A stretch of DNA of 64,000 bases from NCBI GenBank assembly GCA_016201865.1, contig JACQCA010000066.1:14867-78866 (forward strand), read 5' to 3'. This document shows positions 62,604 through 64,000 of the stretch, in pieces. The translations under genes and the position numbers were made by a program. This stretch comes from Nitrospirota bacterium. Lineage in GTDB: Bacteria; Nitrospirota; Nitrospiria; JACQBZ01. Within the stretch, counting starts at the first letter, position 1, and the number at the start of each line of letters is the position of its first letter. The notes beneath the pieces were generated by a model, which was not told the origin of the DNA, ran no database searches, and saw only the letters and a program-made list of their open reading frames with translations.

Positions 62604-62969
62604 TTAGGGTTCGGGGCGATTTCTCGGCGCGCTCGACGAAGACACCGGCGGGATCGTCGGACCCAGCCGAAGCAGAATCTCCTCGACGCGGAAGTCGGCC
62701 TGGAAACGGCACAGAGCGGCATTCACTTTTTCCAGAAGCATCGGTTTTAAGAAGACCAGTTCCTGCATCCAGGCCGGGCTGTCCACGGATAGATAGAGCT
62801 TGCGAAAATGAATCCGGTCCGGTTGGGCATGCGCCGCCAGCTGCTCTCCGACGACTTCGGCCCAGCGCTCTCGCAGGCGATGCTCCGCCATCGGGCCCTC
62901 AAATCCGTACTGGGCGATGAGACGTTGAAGGATCTGATTGACGGGCGTGAAGAGCGGCGCTTTCGGCAT
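62604..62969 (-). CDS. dciA: DUF721/DciA family helicase-loading protein
   Basis: RERWAEVVGEQLAAHAQP...LYLSVDSPAWMQELVFLKPMLLEKVN. Confidence 0.85.
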   Translation of the reverse strand: MPKAPLFTPVNQILQRLIAQYGFEGPMAEHRLRERWAEVVGEQLAAHAQPDRIHFRKLYLSVDSPAWMQELVFLKPMLLEKVNAALCRFQADFRVEEILLRLGPTIPPVSSSSAPRNRPEP

Positions 62970-63018
62970 CGGGTCAACTCCAGGAAGCCAAAATCATAAG
63001 ACCGTTTACGGTGAGGCC

Positions 63019-63047
63019 ACTATAACGTGAAGGACCCCGGTTGTCAA
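63019..63047 (-). promoter_or_regulatory. Sigma-70 promoter of dciA
   Basis: TTGACA-N17-TATAGT on the minus strand. Confidence 0.7.
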
Positions 63048-63133
63048 GAACGACGGATCCATCATCGGGCATTGCTCATCCGCAATGCGATCGGGTATGA
63101 TTTCCTCAGCGGCGGGTCGGCGGGTGAATACAC

Positions 63134-64000
<867 letters not shown>

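Overview
A 64-kb bacterial chromosome segment of about 58-62% GC spanning the replication origin; a Nitrospirota (Nitrospiria-like) host is inferred from gene content and order, not from a search. Housekeeping backbone: ftsK (5'-truncated), lolA, yajQ, an FKBP, lpxC, sdhA, gcvT/PA/PB, ugd, rsmI, pyrF, tRNA-Leu(CAA), argB, hslUV, xerC, trmFO, rsmG, mnmG, a parS site, mnmE, yidC/yidD/rnpA/rpmH, oriC, dnaA, dnaN, gyrB, gyrA, dciA and uvrB (3'-truncated). Two large envelope-associated accessory clusters meet head-on at about 23.85 kb. (i) A plus-strand redox cluster (17.6-23.85 kb) encodes five c7-type triheme cytochromes (15 CxxCH motifs; one fused to Ig-like Big_2 domains, one a lipoprotein), a type-1 copper cupredoxin and a 7-repeat beta-propeller, with no porin or membrane quinol oxidase. 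This is the best candidate for an undescribed system. (ii) A minus-strand TPR-TPR-TPR-small protein-ExbB-ExbD-ExbD-TonB-like cluster (23.86-32.66 kb) matches the ancestral core of the myxobacterial Agl-Glt machinery but lacks the gliding-specific parts. Small low-GC selfish modules interrupt the gcv-yjbQ-sdhA run: an MjaI-family R-M system whose methyltransferase carries a degenerate SNase domain, an orphan Phd antitoxin and a PIN toxin-antitoxin pair. Reading outside the ORF track revealed a LivG-like ABC ATPase remnant, a GGDEF C-terminal remnant, a GTAG-type REP palindrome holding two stop codons, a sigma-54 promoter for lpxC, a 48-aa membrane ORF coupled to lpxC, and DnaA-trio-like repeats at oriC. 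No CRISPR array, rRNA, prophage or IS element was seen.
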